64,000 bases of DNA from Eledone cirrhosa (GCA_964016885.1 OZ024743.1:230950001-231014000); one strand, 5' to 3'; positions 31,674 through 45,619 are shown, numbered from the stretch's first letter. Made by a program: numbers and translations. The notes: generated by a model from the letters alone, not told the origin.

Positions 31674-31913
31674 TTAATATAGATGAGATTCTACAGGACG
31701 AGAACTGTTTCATTCTTTAGAAATCATCAGGAATCTGGCTTTCCAAAATGAATGTTGTGGTATTTATATCTTTTCAGGTGGTAGGAGAGGGTTGGGAGTG
31801 GGATGGGTGGAGGTCTTGGTGATGGTTATAAGGGGCACAAAGAGTTCTAAAATGTAAGTTATTCCGGGTTGAAGCCGAGGTAACCACAGAAAGTAAGATA
31901 CTCAATACATAGC
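31670..31913 (-). mobile_element. Non-autonomous miniature relative of PLE-A (leader joined directly to the HHR region)
   Basis: The minus strand matches PLE-A 16136-16235, then jumps at about 31815 to PLE-A 21367-21515. HHR at 31686-31736. Confidence 0.8.
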
Positions 31914-32305
31914 CAGATTCTTGATGATTTCTAAAGAATGAAACAGTTCTAGTCCTGTAGAATCTCATCTATACTAAAACTTTTTTGGAAAGCCAGATTC
32001 CTGATGATTTCTAAAGAATGAAACAGTTCTAGTCCTGTAGAATCTCATCTATATTAAAACTTTTTTGGAAAGCCAGATTCTTGATGATTTCTAAAGAATG
32101 AAACAGTTCTATTGCTGTTGAATCTCATTTATATTAAAACTTTTATACTCTGCTATGTATTGAGTACCTTACTGAGTATAAATGTTTTAATATAGATGAG
32201 ATTCTACAGCACTAGAACTGTTTCATTCTTTAGAAATCATCAGGAATTTGGCTTTCCAAAAAATTTTTTATATAGATGAGATTCTACAGGACTAGAACTG
32301 TTTCA
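31911..32305. repeat. 80-bp tandem array of PLE-A-type hammerhead ribozymes (3 plus-strand units, then 1.5 minus-strand units)
   Basis: agccagattc starts at 31911, 31991 and 32071. HHRs at 31915-31965, 31995-32045, 32075-32125 (plus), 32199-32249 and partial 32279-32305 (minus). Confidence 0.9.
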
Positions 32306-33139
32306 TATATATATATATATAAAATAAAAGAATATATATATATATATGTATGGATATATGCATGTATAAGGATATATGTACATAACATATATTATACAGA
32401 AATACATACATACTTGTATTTATGTATATATGTTATGTACATATATCCTTATACATGCAAGCGCGTTGACGCTCAAGCACACATGAGTACGTGTTTACAT
32501 GTTGGCGTCCGGAAGTGATACTTGTACGTGTTTTTATTGTCATTAAGAAACACACAAAAGACACATATATAATCATATACAGAGAAACACTATTTTATAC
32601 ATAATACTATAATCTGAAAATCTGCTCCGTAATATCCAGAACCTCAGTGAATGATAAAAAATAGACAAAAACTCTTTGAAGAGGGATCTGTATTGTTGTA
32701 AAAGTTGTAGGTTCCTGGTGGTGATTTGTTTAACAATATAATGAGAGTGGGTGTAGAGAAATGAACAAATATTAGAGATTAAAGATGTTGAAATTTGCAG
32801 AAGGAAAGTGTCCTTGAGAGAAGTAGACAATGCTTGGAGTGTGCTGAAATGAGAAAAAATAAGTGTGGATATTAAGGTAGAAAGCGCAGTTGTTGCAAAA
32901 GCTGAGATTAGAGAAAAAAGTAGGGAGATAGGTAGAGAGTGGAAGAGAGTCAGAGATGCTGGTAAATATTAAGTTAGGTGTTATAACAAGTGGCAAAGTT
33001 GATACAATGCTCTTCTCACGAAATTTATGTTATCAGTTCGATTCCCGGTTGCACATCACGTTCTAATTTCGGATCACCTGACCGGTAGTACAAAGAGATC
33101 ATTTCCTGCTGGTTACTTTTAGGGATAGTTCTTATAAGG

Positions 33140-33548
33140 GTTTCTGATTCAGGCACAAGGCCAGTAATTTGGGGGAAGGGAAAGTCAATTAATTCCACCC
33201 CGGTGCGTAACTGGTGCTTTATTTTATCGAACTCGTAAGGATGAAAGGCAAATCTAACCTCGGCGGGATTTGAGATCAGATCATAAAGGGCCGTAACTAT
33301 ATGCTACAAAGCATATTGTCCGACACTCTACCGATACTGCCAATCCACCAACCTGGATAGTTTTAATAATTGTTTCTATTTTTGGCACAAGGCCAGTAAT
33401 TTCCAGTGCATTACTGGTACTTTATTTTATCGACCCCGTAAGGATGAAAGGCAAAGTTAACCTCGGCGGGAGTTGAACTCAGATCGTTAAGGGACGTAAC
33501 TATGCGGGAAAGCATGGCATCCGACCCTCTACCGATACTGCCAATCTA
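33140..33548 (-). mobile_element. Two tandem S1 SINE copies
   Basis: S1 unit at about 33140-33350 and 33367-33548. Confidence 0.75.
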
Positions 33549-33997
33549 CTGGCTAGTTTTAATAATACTAGTTGTAATGGTGAAGGCGCGTGGTTTAGTG
33601 GATAGTATGTTTGACTCAAGATCATTAGGTCATGAACTCGATTCCCAACAATTCATTGTATCCACGAGCACCCCAGTTTATTTCAAGTTACTCCAGATCT
33701 CTCAGCTGAAAAAAAACAATAGTTTTATCTCTAATCCAAACTAGCTGAAGACGTGGAATTTCCACAGTTTAATTAGAAATAACAACGGAATATTAAAGAT
33801 CATTATGACATTTAGAATATATTATTTATAATTTGTTCTTAATTACATATATGCATCAGAAAAAATTAAGTCGAATAACCTGGTTGAAAATCCAAAATGC
33901 GAATATTTAATCATTTATAACTTCATGATACACTATAATTATCTTTAAGTAAGTTATTTCTCAGTTCTCTATCTTCACTTCACTCACTCTTTCTCTC

Positions 33998-34146
<149 letters not shown>

Positions 34147-36419
34147 CACATATATATATATATATATGTGTGTGTGTATGTGTGTGTATGTGTGTGTGTG
34201 TGTGTGTAGGTATAACACACACACACACACACAAACAACCTTTCCGCCTATTTTTCATAAAATCGTAAGATTGAAATGCTTTCGTCGTTGCTGCCATCTC
34301 TCCCCCCTCTCCCCCTCTCTCTCTCTCTCCCTCTCTCTATCTCTATCTCCCTCTCTCTCCCTCTCCTTCATACATACTCTTACCGTCCCCTTCCCATAAA
34401 GAAGTGACTTTGTTCCAGTACATGCGTCTCGAAGTTCGGATTCTGCTCCTCTACTGGTACGGGTTCGTTAAACTGTAACTACACACAACTACCCAATTGT
34501 CTGATGAGAAACGAATGCTTAACGAGAAATGCAAGGCAACTTCGTCTGAAGAGACACATAATTATTATACGGAGGCTACTGCTAACGTTTTCAAAGGAGG
34601 TATTATTCATAGATCCACTTATTTAAAGCCTGAGCCTAAATCCATTCTTGTCAAAAGATTTATAAATACCGAAAAATAAACATATTGATTCCTATCCCTC
34701 ATATTTTACAGTACATCGCCGAGGCTCTTACCGAGAGTACATAAGAAATGTGAAATCCTGCTTCCAGAACTCATTGGAAATAATATCACCTAAAGTTGTT
34801 ATCGTTCTTGAATAGATTTGATATTTAACTGCCCACATTAAGTCTTCAAATTTTATACTAGCTATCAGTTATATATTATGCAATATTCAGTTAAAAAGGC
34901 CGAATCTGCTGACGAGGATTTCCTCCTGAATATTAATCAGTATACAAAGTTTTAACACGAAGCCTAACCGAAAAAACTATACCTTATTTTGGAAATGAGC
35001 ATCTCAGAACTGACTCCATGGAATCAACTACCAAAGGATATATTCTTAAACTTCTCAGCTGATATTTGTTTTATATACAATGCAGTTTCGTGATCTGTAT
35101 ATATACTTTATCCAGTTTCTCTAAGATCACACTGTGTAAATGTTTGATGTGTTTTAATTAAACACATTTTAGTGCTATTTGATTTGAATACCTACAGTAT
35201 CCTTTTTACCTAAACTCTAGATATCGAAATAATTCCTATAACACCGAAACATGTCTGGTCATCTCTATGCTAATAACATATAGTGACTTAATACTCTTTA
35301 TATCAACATTTGATTGGGTGGCATCTTAACTCATATAAAACTATATATTATCCAATGCAAAACCCATGTCCTTTGTATCATCTTTTCTCACTTCTTCGTG
35401 TTTTCCCCTAGTATAGTGAAGGACTCATCAGGAAATTATTATTAAATTGAATACATGACGACTATATTACTAGAAATACTATGTAAATTAATGTACTAAT
35501 GGAAATGCGAAATACAAATACACTGTGAAGGAATGCTATCGCGAATGCATATATTTCTGTGGTGTCTCTCCGATCAGACTTGTTATATATCCATTAGGTA
35601 ACATCCACTTATATAGTCGATCACTTCTATAACCTACCTTACTAATTGAAATTCACATATAAAATAACCAAGTTAATGTATCATCTTGGAACAGGTGAAG
35701 CGATAGAATGTAAACTTATTAATCAACTGTATGAAAAATATTGAATTTGTTCACACTGGTACGTATAGTAATGATAGATAGATTTAAAAAAAACAGTTTC
35801 CATTAAGCAATGCAAAATATCACTTAAGATTCATTGAAAAATAATCAAACAATCCTCAGTTATCTATTTCTATTTGTATGTTTATTTATGCGCAGTTATC
35901 TTTTCTCAGCATTGTTTCTCTATTTTCTCTCATATATCATTATATTAAAAGAAACTTTGATTTAACAATATTATATTTAGTAAACTAATACAACTAGCTA
36001 GGAGTACGCAGAAGTAAATAAATGTCTTGGAGTTAATCTTTCTGGGGTGCAATAGATCAAAAGAAGTACAGGTTACGGGGAAAGATAGTAATGTGTCTAG
36101 CTACACATTAGGAGACACTTCTATGAATGGAAGCAACGGCAAAATCGTATTGTCTCCTTCAGGATGATAACTACCTACCTTCAAGGTGGCACTGATTATA
36201 TTGATAAATATATGAATACAAATGATATAAATGATATACACATAATATAAATTCTAAAATGTTAAATAATGTCAAAAATAGTATGGTGGATAACAAAACT
36301 AAACTCGCTATAAATCTTACTTTCAAATAATTCTTACTGTTCTTTAAGTAAACTAAAGTCTCTCCTTTCCTCTGAACAATTACTACCCATTTCTTCTCTA
36401 ATTTGTGTCTGAGAGGCCA

Positions 36420-36780
36420 CATGATTTGACACGTTCTCTGCTCGCAGCTTAGTCACTTCAGTCACAAATCCCGGTACTGCACCCCGGAAGACGAAAAGAT
36501 ACCAGTGATTGTCAGGCTGTTTCCTCTTCGAACCGGTCACCGTTGAGACCTCAGGCATTGTCGGACCATGTACTGCCAAACTCCCCCGTAAGATGGGAAA
36601 GTAAGCAGTCGGTCTGAGGAAGAATTTCCGCGAGCTTGGGTGGCTGTTGCAACAGGCCATTGTCCGCAAAAATGCTTTTGCAGTTTTATCCGTGAGGTGC
36701 AGCCACAGCACCACCACGCCCTAGACCCAGGCCCCAACACGCTTTTCTATCCAACTCCTTTCTTCTGTGGCTTTAGAGTC
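36420..36780 (+). mobile_element. Possible decayed LINE ORF1 (zinc-knuckle-like) fragment
   Basis: GC-rich island in AT-rich DNA. Frameshifted W..ATGHCPQKC resembles a CCHC knuckle. Weak. Confidence 0.25.
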
Positions 36781-37079
36781 CTTGATTTTCCCCTCCTTTT
36801 CCTGTCATTTATGGGTTTTGTAGTCTTTTCCATTACTTTGCGAAACAGCCAGATCTGCCCTTCTTTACCCATTCTCAAGTTGTAATGTTATTTAGACAAT
36901 CGTAAACAAAATATTACATTTATTATTTCTGTCTGTGGGTTGAAAGTATTAGGCTTCATTGTTGAATATACACTGCAGCGTGGATTGGGGGGTATTTTAC
37001 CCGATTTTTAGTGTTCTCAGCTCGAGATATTCTGCATGTCTAACCATATCAACTCACTCGACGTTTCTATGTGTATTTA

Positions 37080-37149
<70 letters not shown>

Positions 37150-38810
37150 GTGCTGGGTGCGTGTGAGTGTATGTGTGTAGGTGCGTGTGTATGTGTATGT
37201 TACCTTTAAAAGTTCGTACCACAAATGTTTGGATAATGCTGCTACCAGAAATGATATATTAAGACATGAGTATTAATATGCATGTCTATGAACGCATTCA
37301 TAATTACGTACCTTCATCGATGTATAATATATATATACATACATACGGTAAAGCATTGATGTAATTCAATTCGAGAACTCAACGTTCATTTCCACATAGG
37401 AATGACAGAATATTTTTAGAATAAAGAAATACAAAGTCGTTTAGATGTTAAAGTCTTTTATTTATAAGGCCGTGATACTTATTCCGATGGTGACAGTGGC
37501 CGCACAATTCTGCATAGTACCCAGTGCTATGATCTTACCAGACAGCTTCGTACATAATATGGTGACAATCAGGAGGTAATCCATAATTTAAGTGACAAGG
37601 GAACAGAGAAACACGGTATTCATGAAGCGAACGATATAATTGCACAATAGAACATATCAAATTTTAACAGGGGACACCGTGTGTTGAATGTAAGACAACA
37701 TGGTTTATTACAGTATCCTATTACAATTTAACAAAAATTTAATAAAAAATATATATATTTCCCTCATATGTATCCTTCACATATCATGAATACATTTCAC
37801 TAAATATCGGTGCAGTTCGATGATCAATGTCTATGTGAGAGTATCTTTATATTCTTTTATATATTGAGCTTCGGAGAATACATTAATTTATGTATGATTA
37901 TAGTCTCAATACATTATCAATTAAAATACGTCGACATTTATATTATATGGCAGAATTCATTTACCCGACGCAGCCAAGTAGAGTAAGCAGCTGTTTCAAA
38001 ATGGCGTCTAAGCACTGAGTGATCATCAGATCCATCGTATTCGGATAGTGTTAAGGTGTATGTGAGAATGCTTGCGTTTGTGTCAGTATATACATTTGTG
38101 TGATGGCATTTGTATATATGCCTGTGTGTAAGTATGTGCTATAAATATTTGCGTGGCTTTTTTGTGTGTGTGTGTGCATTCGGATGTATGCGTGCGCTAT
38201 GAGTATTTGCTTGTATGTGTATGCCTGTATGTATGTGTAGGTATGCACCAGTTGTATCTATGTGTTTATTTGTGTGTATTTGTGTTCGTGTATGCGTGTG
38301 TATGTATATGTTTGTATAAATATATGATATGAGTAGACTATATGAGTATTTTGTGTATGCGTGTTTCTCTGTGTGTGTGTGTATTTGGTGGTTCATCGTT
38401 CACACATCGTTCCTATGTTTCGTTAAAAGCTTTTAATAATAAGCTTCTTCGTGACAGCCGCGAGATGAGTTGAGAATCTACTATATCAATAAATAGATAA
38501 ATAATAAAACAAAAAAAAAATCATAATTAATGTGAAAGTCGAAACCTTGTTTCGCTCGACATTGCTCATTTTTGCCGTTGCTAACACGTGACTTTGCAGG
38601 GCGGGAATACTCTAGAATTAGTAAGAACGTTCAACTTGTTTGGATGCAAATGAATAATAAATAGCTGATAATAGCATTTAGGCTAAGATGGATCCAAGAA
38701 AGATGAGATAGCATGTCAGAGGGAGATACACTGATAGATACCTAAAAACACACCCACATAAAGTGATTCATAGACACACACACATACAAACGTACATACA
38801 TGCATATATA

Positions 38811-38909
<99 letters not shown>

Positions 38910-39371
38910 CGTGTGTGAATTTTCGCGTTTAATGTATAATGTAAATACAAGCGTGAGGACTACATTGTTATGCTATCGACTAAGAAAAGGATATGAAAAT
39001 GTTCACCACCAGTGTCAACATCCCCGCAATCAAAGAAATGACTCTCAAATCACATACTTCCCTCATCTAGAGTGAAGTTCACATTGAACAATGTACTTTT
39101 CAAACCCGTTGATCACAGGTCTGTTTCATGATTGAAGATTGTGTAGAGGGAAAATATAGGCTTCGTAACGTTCCTTGTGAAATTCCCAAATATACGAGTC
39201 CCAGCATAGGAATATTTAAGATAAAATTATTTTATTTTGAAAAATATGCAAGCATACAAGAACAAAAAGAGAAACACAGACACTCATATGCATATATAAA
39301 AATATATACATGCAAACCTATATGATATATGTATATAAACACAGGGTCGCACACACACACACACACACACA

Positions 39372-39406
<35 letters not shown>

Positions 39407-39483
39407 CACCATCTTTGTTTGTTTACACTCTCGTGTCCCCTTCATTTACGTGTCCCAACGACTTTTTTTAGCCGTTGCTCGCA

Positions 39484-39561
39484 CCAACCGGAGGTATATG
39501 ATCTTTAAAGCAATGAAATACCAATGATGGTTGGAAGATCACTGATGAAGGACTAACTTTA
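39484..39561 (+). ncRNA. Candidate rearranged hammerhead ribozyme, copy 2 (inside remnant 39405-39565)
   Basis: ggtat A tgatctt taaagcaat GAAA tacc aatgatggttgg aagatca CTGATGA aggactaa cttta. Stem III 5 bp, stem I 7 bp, distal taaag/cttta. Confidence 0.65.
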
Positions 39562-39729
39562 TTCATATATATATATATGTACTTATATATATATAAATTT
39601 ATATATATAAGTATATATATATATATGTATTACATATATATATACATATATATATATATATATGGTGGCTGCCAACTCGTTTTCGAGTACGGCCACTACT
39701 TTATATCTATGTAGGAGAACTCCTACCGA

Positions 39730-40010
39730 TCCGCTGAATGAATGTAACTTTAGTCCAGCCAGCGACTTGAAAACTCTGGTACAAACACTACACCTGTGAC
39801 AATTATTGACACATGGTGCTAGGCCCATGGTACCATGTGACGACAAGTGCAGAGAGATCTCCAGATACAAAGCAATGCCTGTGCCGTGAAGCTTTTATAG
39901 TGAGCAAAGGCACTGCACAAAGCCAGTCCCACTCTCTTAACCAAGATGATATTTACCAAAAAGAAGAACAAGTCAACATCATTGGATACCATCAGGGTTG
40001 CAGGTGTTAT
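39730..40010 (-). mobile_element. Possible RTE-like LINE 3' fragment
   Basis: The minus frame ends CSVCTRVFKSLAGLKLHS, a C2H2-like C-terminal motif seen in RTE-type ORFs. Confidence 0.3.
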
Positions 40011-40027
40011 ATCAGAGTTTTCCTTCT

Positions 40028-40090
<63 letters not shown>

Positions 40091-40750
40091 GTGATTTTGT
40101 GTGCGTACATACATACAAACATTAAATAAATACATAAGTACGCACGAACTCGCGCAAATAGTTTGGAATTACAAAATTGAAGTAAAATAAATAAAGTGAA
40201 CAAATTATATCAGAATATGCAATAACAAAAAAACATTTTTTATGCTTCCGTCTTGGTTTAGTTTTTTGTGTTTGCTTGTTTATTTGTTTGTTGTTAAAAT
40301 GAGGCCATTTTTTATACAGTTGATATCATCGTTGGTGATAATTATTGTATAATGATGTCCCCATCACACAGCATCCCCTAGTGGTAACACTGTCACTTCT
40401 TCACAGCTCATACATAATAGCGAAAATGACAGGACCGAATGTGATACAAAATACGACCTTGTCACGTGTCATGAAGAGAAAGTAGGTGTTTGTTAATGAG
40501 TTCGTTTTTGATCCCCGTATGCCATTCACTAATTAGTATTTATATTATATGTGAGAATTAGGCTTTTTAAATGCGTGCGCATCTTTATGTGTGCGCGATT
40601 ATGTGTATGTGTGTGTATGTGAGCCGGAGAGTGCGTGGAAGTTGCCTTCAAAGTGTATGTCTGTTTCTGCCTCTCGTGTGGCTGTCTGTCTCTCATTGTC
40701 ATTTTCTCTTTATATCAACCAAATTATCTAAAACAACTCTGGACAGTCAT

Positions 40751-40862
<112 letters not shown>

Positions 40863-40871
40863 TTATATATA

Positions 40872-40917
<46 letters not shown>

Positions 40918-41030
40918 CTTACTTATGAGTGTGCGCGTGTGTACTTGTACTTGTTTCTGCGTGCGTATGATTGTGCGTATATTTATAAACATATATATAT
41001 AGACGTGTGTGTATGTGTGTATTTGTGTAT

Positions 41031-41117
<87 letters not shown>

Positions 41118-41134
41118 TGTATGAGTATATTTAA

Positions 41135-41178
<44 letters not shown>

Positions 41179-41229
41179 TTAAATATACACACGCGCAAAC
41201 ATATTTATATACATGTAAGTTTGAAGATA

Positions 41230-42200
41230 GACGCAGAAGGATGGACGATGTCCTTGACAGACCTGAACAAGGACTCAACATTCTGCTGCTAGGATCTTTT
41301 AAACTACCAAGAGTCAAATGGCATGAGGGCCACCTTCTCCCTGGAATGACATCACTCGAACAGAACCATACGTAGTCCCTGCTGTCCCTCACACACAGGC
41401 TTTTCATGGAACCAGCAGTACACCTTCTAACAAGAGGTGAGAATATCCTGCATCTCTGCTTTACAAATAACGCAGTGCTCATCCACAATATAGTAGTGAT
41501 ACCAACGGTTTTCGCGGATCATAAATTAGCAGAACGAATTATATATGATCTGAGAGTGTCAGCAGAGATGCAACCATTAAGAAGCACCGGGAATTAATCC
41601 AAAGTAAACTTTCACAAGGCTAACTGGAAAAAGATCAAGAAAGAGATCTGGAAGCAAAAATGGAGAGACAACATAACCACACAAGACACCGATACACATT
41701 TTCCACATTTCATAAAATAGAAACTATATGCCATAAGTTTGTCCCGGAAAAAAAGGCCAACGTACACAAAAATCTCATTCCCAGAGACAGGAAAATATTT
41801 ATGAGACGAAGAAGTAAGCTCTAAAACCAGTTAAATGCACAACAGAAAAAAAAAGAAATAACCCTTTCTGAAACAGGCACTTCTTGAAATTGAAACTGCA
41901 CTCAAACTTTCCCGTGAGAAGGAGAGAGCAGAGAGAGAAGCCAGGGCCATAGAACATATTAAAACAAGCCTTAAAGCCTTCTTTAAATTTGCAAAAGAAA
42001 CTGCCTCGGCGCACTGCAAGATTGGGCCACTCTTCCATAAAAATAAATGGTTCATTAACCGACGATCCCCAAGGGATGACTGAAATACTGAATGAATAGT
42101 TCAAAAGCGTGTTCTGTTCATACCGCCATTGAGGCACATGAAATTAATAAAACCAGAGGATTTCTTTGATTTCATAACACAACACTCCACCGTGCCAATC
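41230..42200 (+). pseudogene. CR1/L2-group LINE ORF2 fragment (end of AP endonuclease plus linker)
   Basis: [13 protein letters not shown] (GDFN-like), [16 protein letters not shown] (SDH-like), then KAFFKFAK..IGPL..MTEILN. Stops and frameshifts are present. Confidence 0.75.
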
Positions 42201-42717
42201 TGAACATCGAATACATTTGCGCAAAAAGTAGAAGTGGTCTACATAATTGCTGCAGATTTTGTTTTTTATCAGATTTACCTTCTCCTAGAGAGTTATCTTA
42301 ATGAAGACAAGCTGACATTTGCTCCACAAAGAAAAACAATTATTGGATGGCTGTTGACTCTCCTGAGTTGCCCCGGCCTTTGGGGGGTTTTGTTTTTAAT
42401 TCCTCGTGATGTCCAACATCCCCCTCCTCCCGAAGCAATGTTGCCGTCGATTCGATCATGCACAGGTTGTACTGGGTTAAATATGATCAGTAACGCTGAC
42501 GAGCGACCTTACATACATATACTTACATTCATACATATACACATGCATAGATACATACATTCATACATACATACACACATTTATACATACATACAAACAT
42601 ACATACAATATTACATTCACGCATGCATGGATACATACGCACATATACATACTTATATACGCAAATAGATGAACACACATGCATATAAACATGCATATAT
42701 TAATACATGCATACGTT

Positions 42718-42834
42718 CTGAGTTCAAATACCGGCGAGGTTAACTTTGTCTTTCATCCTTACGGGGTCGATAAAATAAAGTACCAGTAATGCACTGAGAT
42801 AATTGCTGGCCTTGTGCCAAAAGTAGAAACAATT
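42718..42834 (+). mobile_element. S1 SINE, 5'-truncated
   Basis: ctgagttcaaat..gaggttaactttg.ctttcatccttacggggtcgataaaataaagtaccag. Confidence 0.75.
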
Positions 42835-43125
42835 AATACATGCATACATACATGCAAACATACATGCATACATACATGCATACATACACGCATATATACA
42901 TACATATATTCTTACAAACATGCGTGGCTAGCCGTTTCTAAATGCACATGATATTGTTAAATATATGGTTAAACAGGAATTCACATATGAAAATACTCAA
43001 AATGGATTCAATGTAAGAAAAGGGATTCAATGATATTGGAATTTATGAGACAAAAAATGTTATCAGCAGGAAATACGTATTCACACACATACTCTCACGA
43101 AGACACACACACAAACACATACGTA

Positions 43126-43239
<114 letters not shown>

Positions 43240-43250
43240 TAAAAAAAACG

Positions 43251-43542
43251 AAAAATCAGTGATGCATCTGGATTCAGTTTATTGCGTGTTACAATTGTTT
43301 CGCCGGCAGGTAGCTCGAGACATAATCATTGTATGGATCTGGCTGATTCTACGGCTGCAGGTATCTCTCGGACACGGGTAGTTCGTTCGGAGCAAATTTT
43401 CTCCGAACGAACTACCCGTGTCCGAAGGAACCTGCAGCCATAGAATCAGCCAGATACATACAATGATTATGTCTCGAGCTACCTGCCAGCGAAAACAATT
43501 GTAACACGCAATAAACTGAGTCCAGATGCATCACTGATTTTT
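43251..43542. repeat. Fold-back inverted repeat (arms about 142 bp, 8-nt loop) with about 85-bp one-sided tail; PLE-like
   Basis: Centre ggag-caaatttt-ctcc at 43389-43404. The arm has the HHR-like 3' half GAAAcaattgTA and AATAAA. The tail has TATTGAGTGC. Flanked by (TA)n. Confidence 0.85.
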
Positions 43543-43952
43543 CCTTTTTTTATAATATACACACTCTACTTCTGTATGAATATTGAGTGCTAATTTTGGC
43601 ATACCGCCTATGGAAGCACCATAGCTACCATTATACACAAGTATATATATATATATATAATATATATAATATATATTAGGAAGTGAAGTTTTTTTTACAA
43701 AATTTAAAAAAAAAACAGGTGTCCATCACGAGTGAAAGTATAAGGAAAAAATATGAAATCGAAAATGTAACTGCAGTCTTTTTTCTAATAAAAATTATAT
43801 ATATATATATATATGTATATATATAGAGTTGTATATAGTATATATATATATATATGTATGTATATATATTATGTATATATATTATATATATACAACTGAT
43901 GTATCTATATATATATGTGTATATATATATGTGTGTGTAATAACATACACAA

Positions 43953-43999
<47 letters not shown>

Positions 44000-44180
44000 G
44001 TATATATATATTATATATATGTATAATATATATATATATATATAACATATATATATAAATATATATATATCAACCTTTGTAAATGGAGTATATTGTGTTG
44101 TTTACTTCCTAATTAAATAGCTTTGTGTCATACATAGAACATTCTTTTTTCCTTTTCCTTTTTCTTCTGAAATACTTAAC

Positions 44181-44231
<51 letters not shown>

Positions 44232-44307
44232 ATATATTAAATGAGAGGTATAGAGATTGTTTTAGCAAGAAGCTTAACATATAACATATATAACATATAT
44301 AACATAT

Positions 44308-44504
<197 letters not shown>

Positions 44505-44717
44505 CGTTTCTGAATTTGTTTAGCAAGATTCTTTATCTGAAATCGTGTGTTGAAACCGATATTGTTATACTTTGGGAGGGCCATGTTGCCAATAAGAAAC
44601 ACACGCACCAGTTGCTTTCACTTCAATTTAATTTAATATATATTTATAAATTTACAAATTTATAAATTTCTGGTTGGTTGGTTGGTTCCACAACCAGATA
44701 GTTGTTTATATATATAT

Positions 44718-44762
44718 AGTCATAGTTCTTTCGTCACACACTCTGTGACCTCTTCAGTGACT
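44718..44762 (-). ncRNA. Minimal type I hammerhead ribozyme (mirror copy)
   Basis: Reverse complement of 44890-44934. Confidence 0.75.
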
Positions 44763-44889
44763 GGGGATTTCTTTCTTCGTTTCTGTGCCTTTCCTTTCTT
44801 CTATCCTACGCCATTTTGTTTGTCTGTGACAAACAAAATGGCGTAGGATAGAAGAAAGGAAAGGCACAGAAACGAAGAAAGAAATCCCC

Positions 44890-44934
44890 AGTCACTGAAG
44901 AGGTCACAGAGTGTGTGACGAAAGAACTATGACT
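44890..44934 (+). ncRNA. Minimal type I hammerhead ribozyme
   Basis: agtca CTGAAGA g-gtcaca..tgtgac GAAA g-aa-c TA tgact. Confidence 0.75.
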
Positions 44935-45089
44935 ATATATATATAAACAACTATCTGGTTGTGGAACCAACCAACCAACCAGAAATTTATAAATTTGTAA
45001 ATTTATAAATATATATTAAATTAAATTGAAGTGAAAGCAACTGGTGCGTGTGTTTCTTATTGGCAACATGGCCCTCCCAAAGTATAACA

Positions 45090-45145
<56 letters not shown>

Positions 45146-45528
45146 ATCTACCTGTATATGAGATGACAGATAGATAGATACATGAATAAGTAAATAAATA
45201 GATAACTCAATTTCTCAATCATTGGAACCATTTCATTGCACATAAGGTAAACTGAAACTGTTTGCAAGTACGTGGCTTGGATTGTACTTCTTATTTAATG
45301 GGAAAACACTGTCACATAGTGATTAACGCTGAATCACCCTGAGAATTACGTAAACTATAACAAAGTCAGTGGAATCCTCCGCTACTTGGATATAAAATAC
45401 AAGAGCATGCTATTGTTTTGTTTAAAGAACCAGAAACTTCGTGGTCGTACCGACATATGTACATTCCACTAATATACAAGCATACATATAAATGTTAGAC
45501 ACACGCACATATATGCATGCATCTATCC

Positions 45529-45619
<91 letters not shown>

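Noticed and set aside
31911-32150. CRISPR-like regular repeat
   Set aside because: Units repeat in full with no unique spacers, there are no cas genes, and the context is eukaryotic.
34495-34560. CTGATGA..GAAA..CTGAAGA cluster as a hammerhead
   Set aside because: No consistent set of stems I-III with a UH site in either canonical or rearranged order. Single copy in the window.
34700-38050. Mostly non-repetitive AT-rich stretch as a host gene
   Set aside because: Only short ORFs without recognisable motifs. Small exons cannot be excluded by eye.
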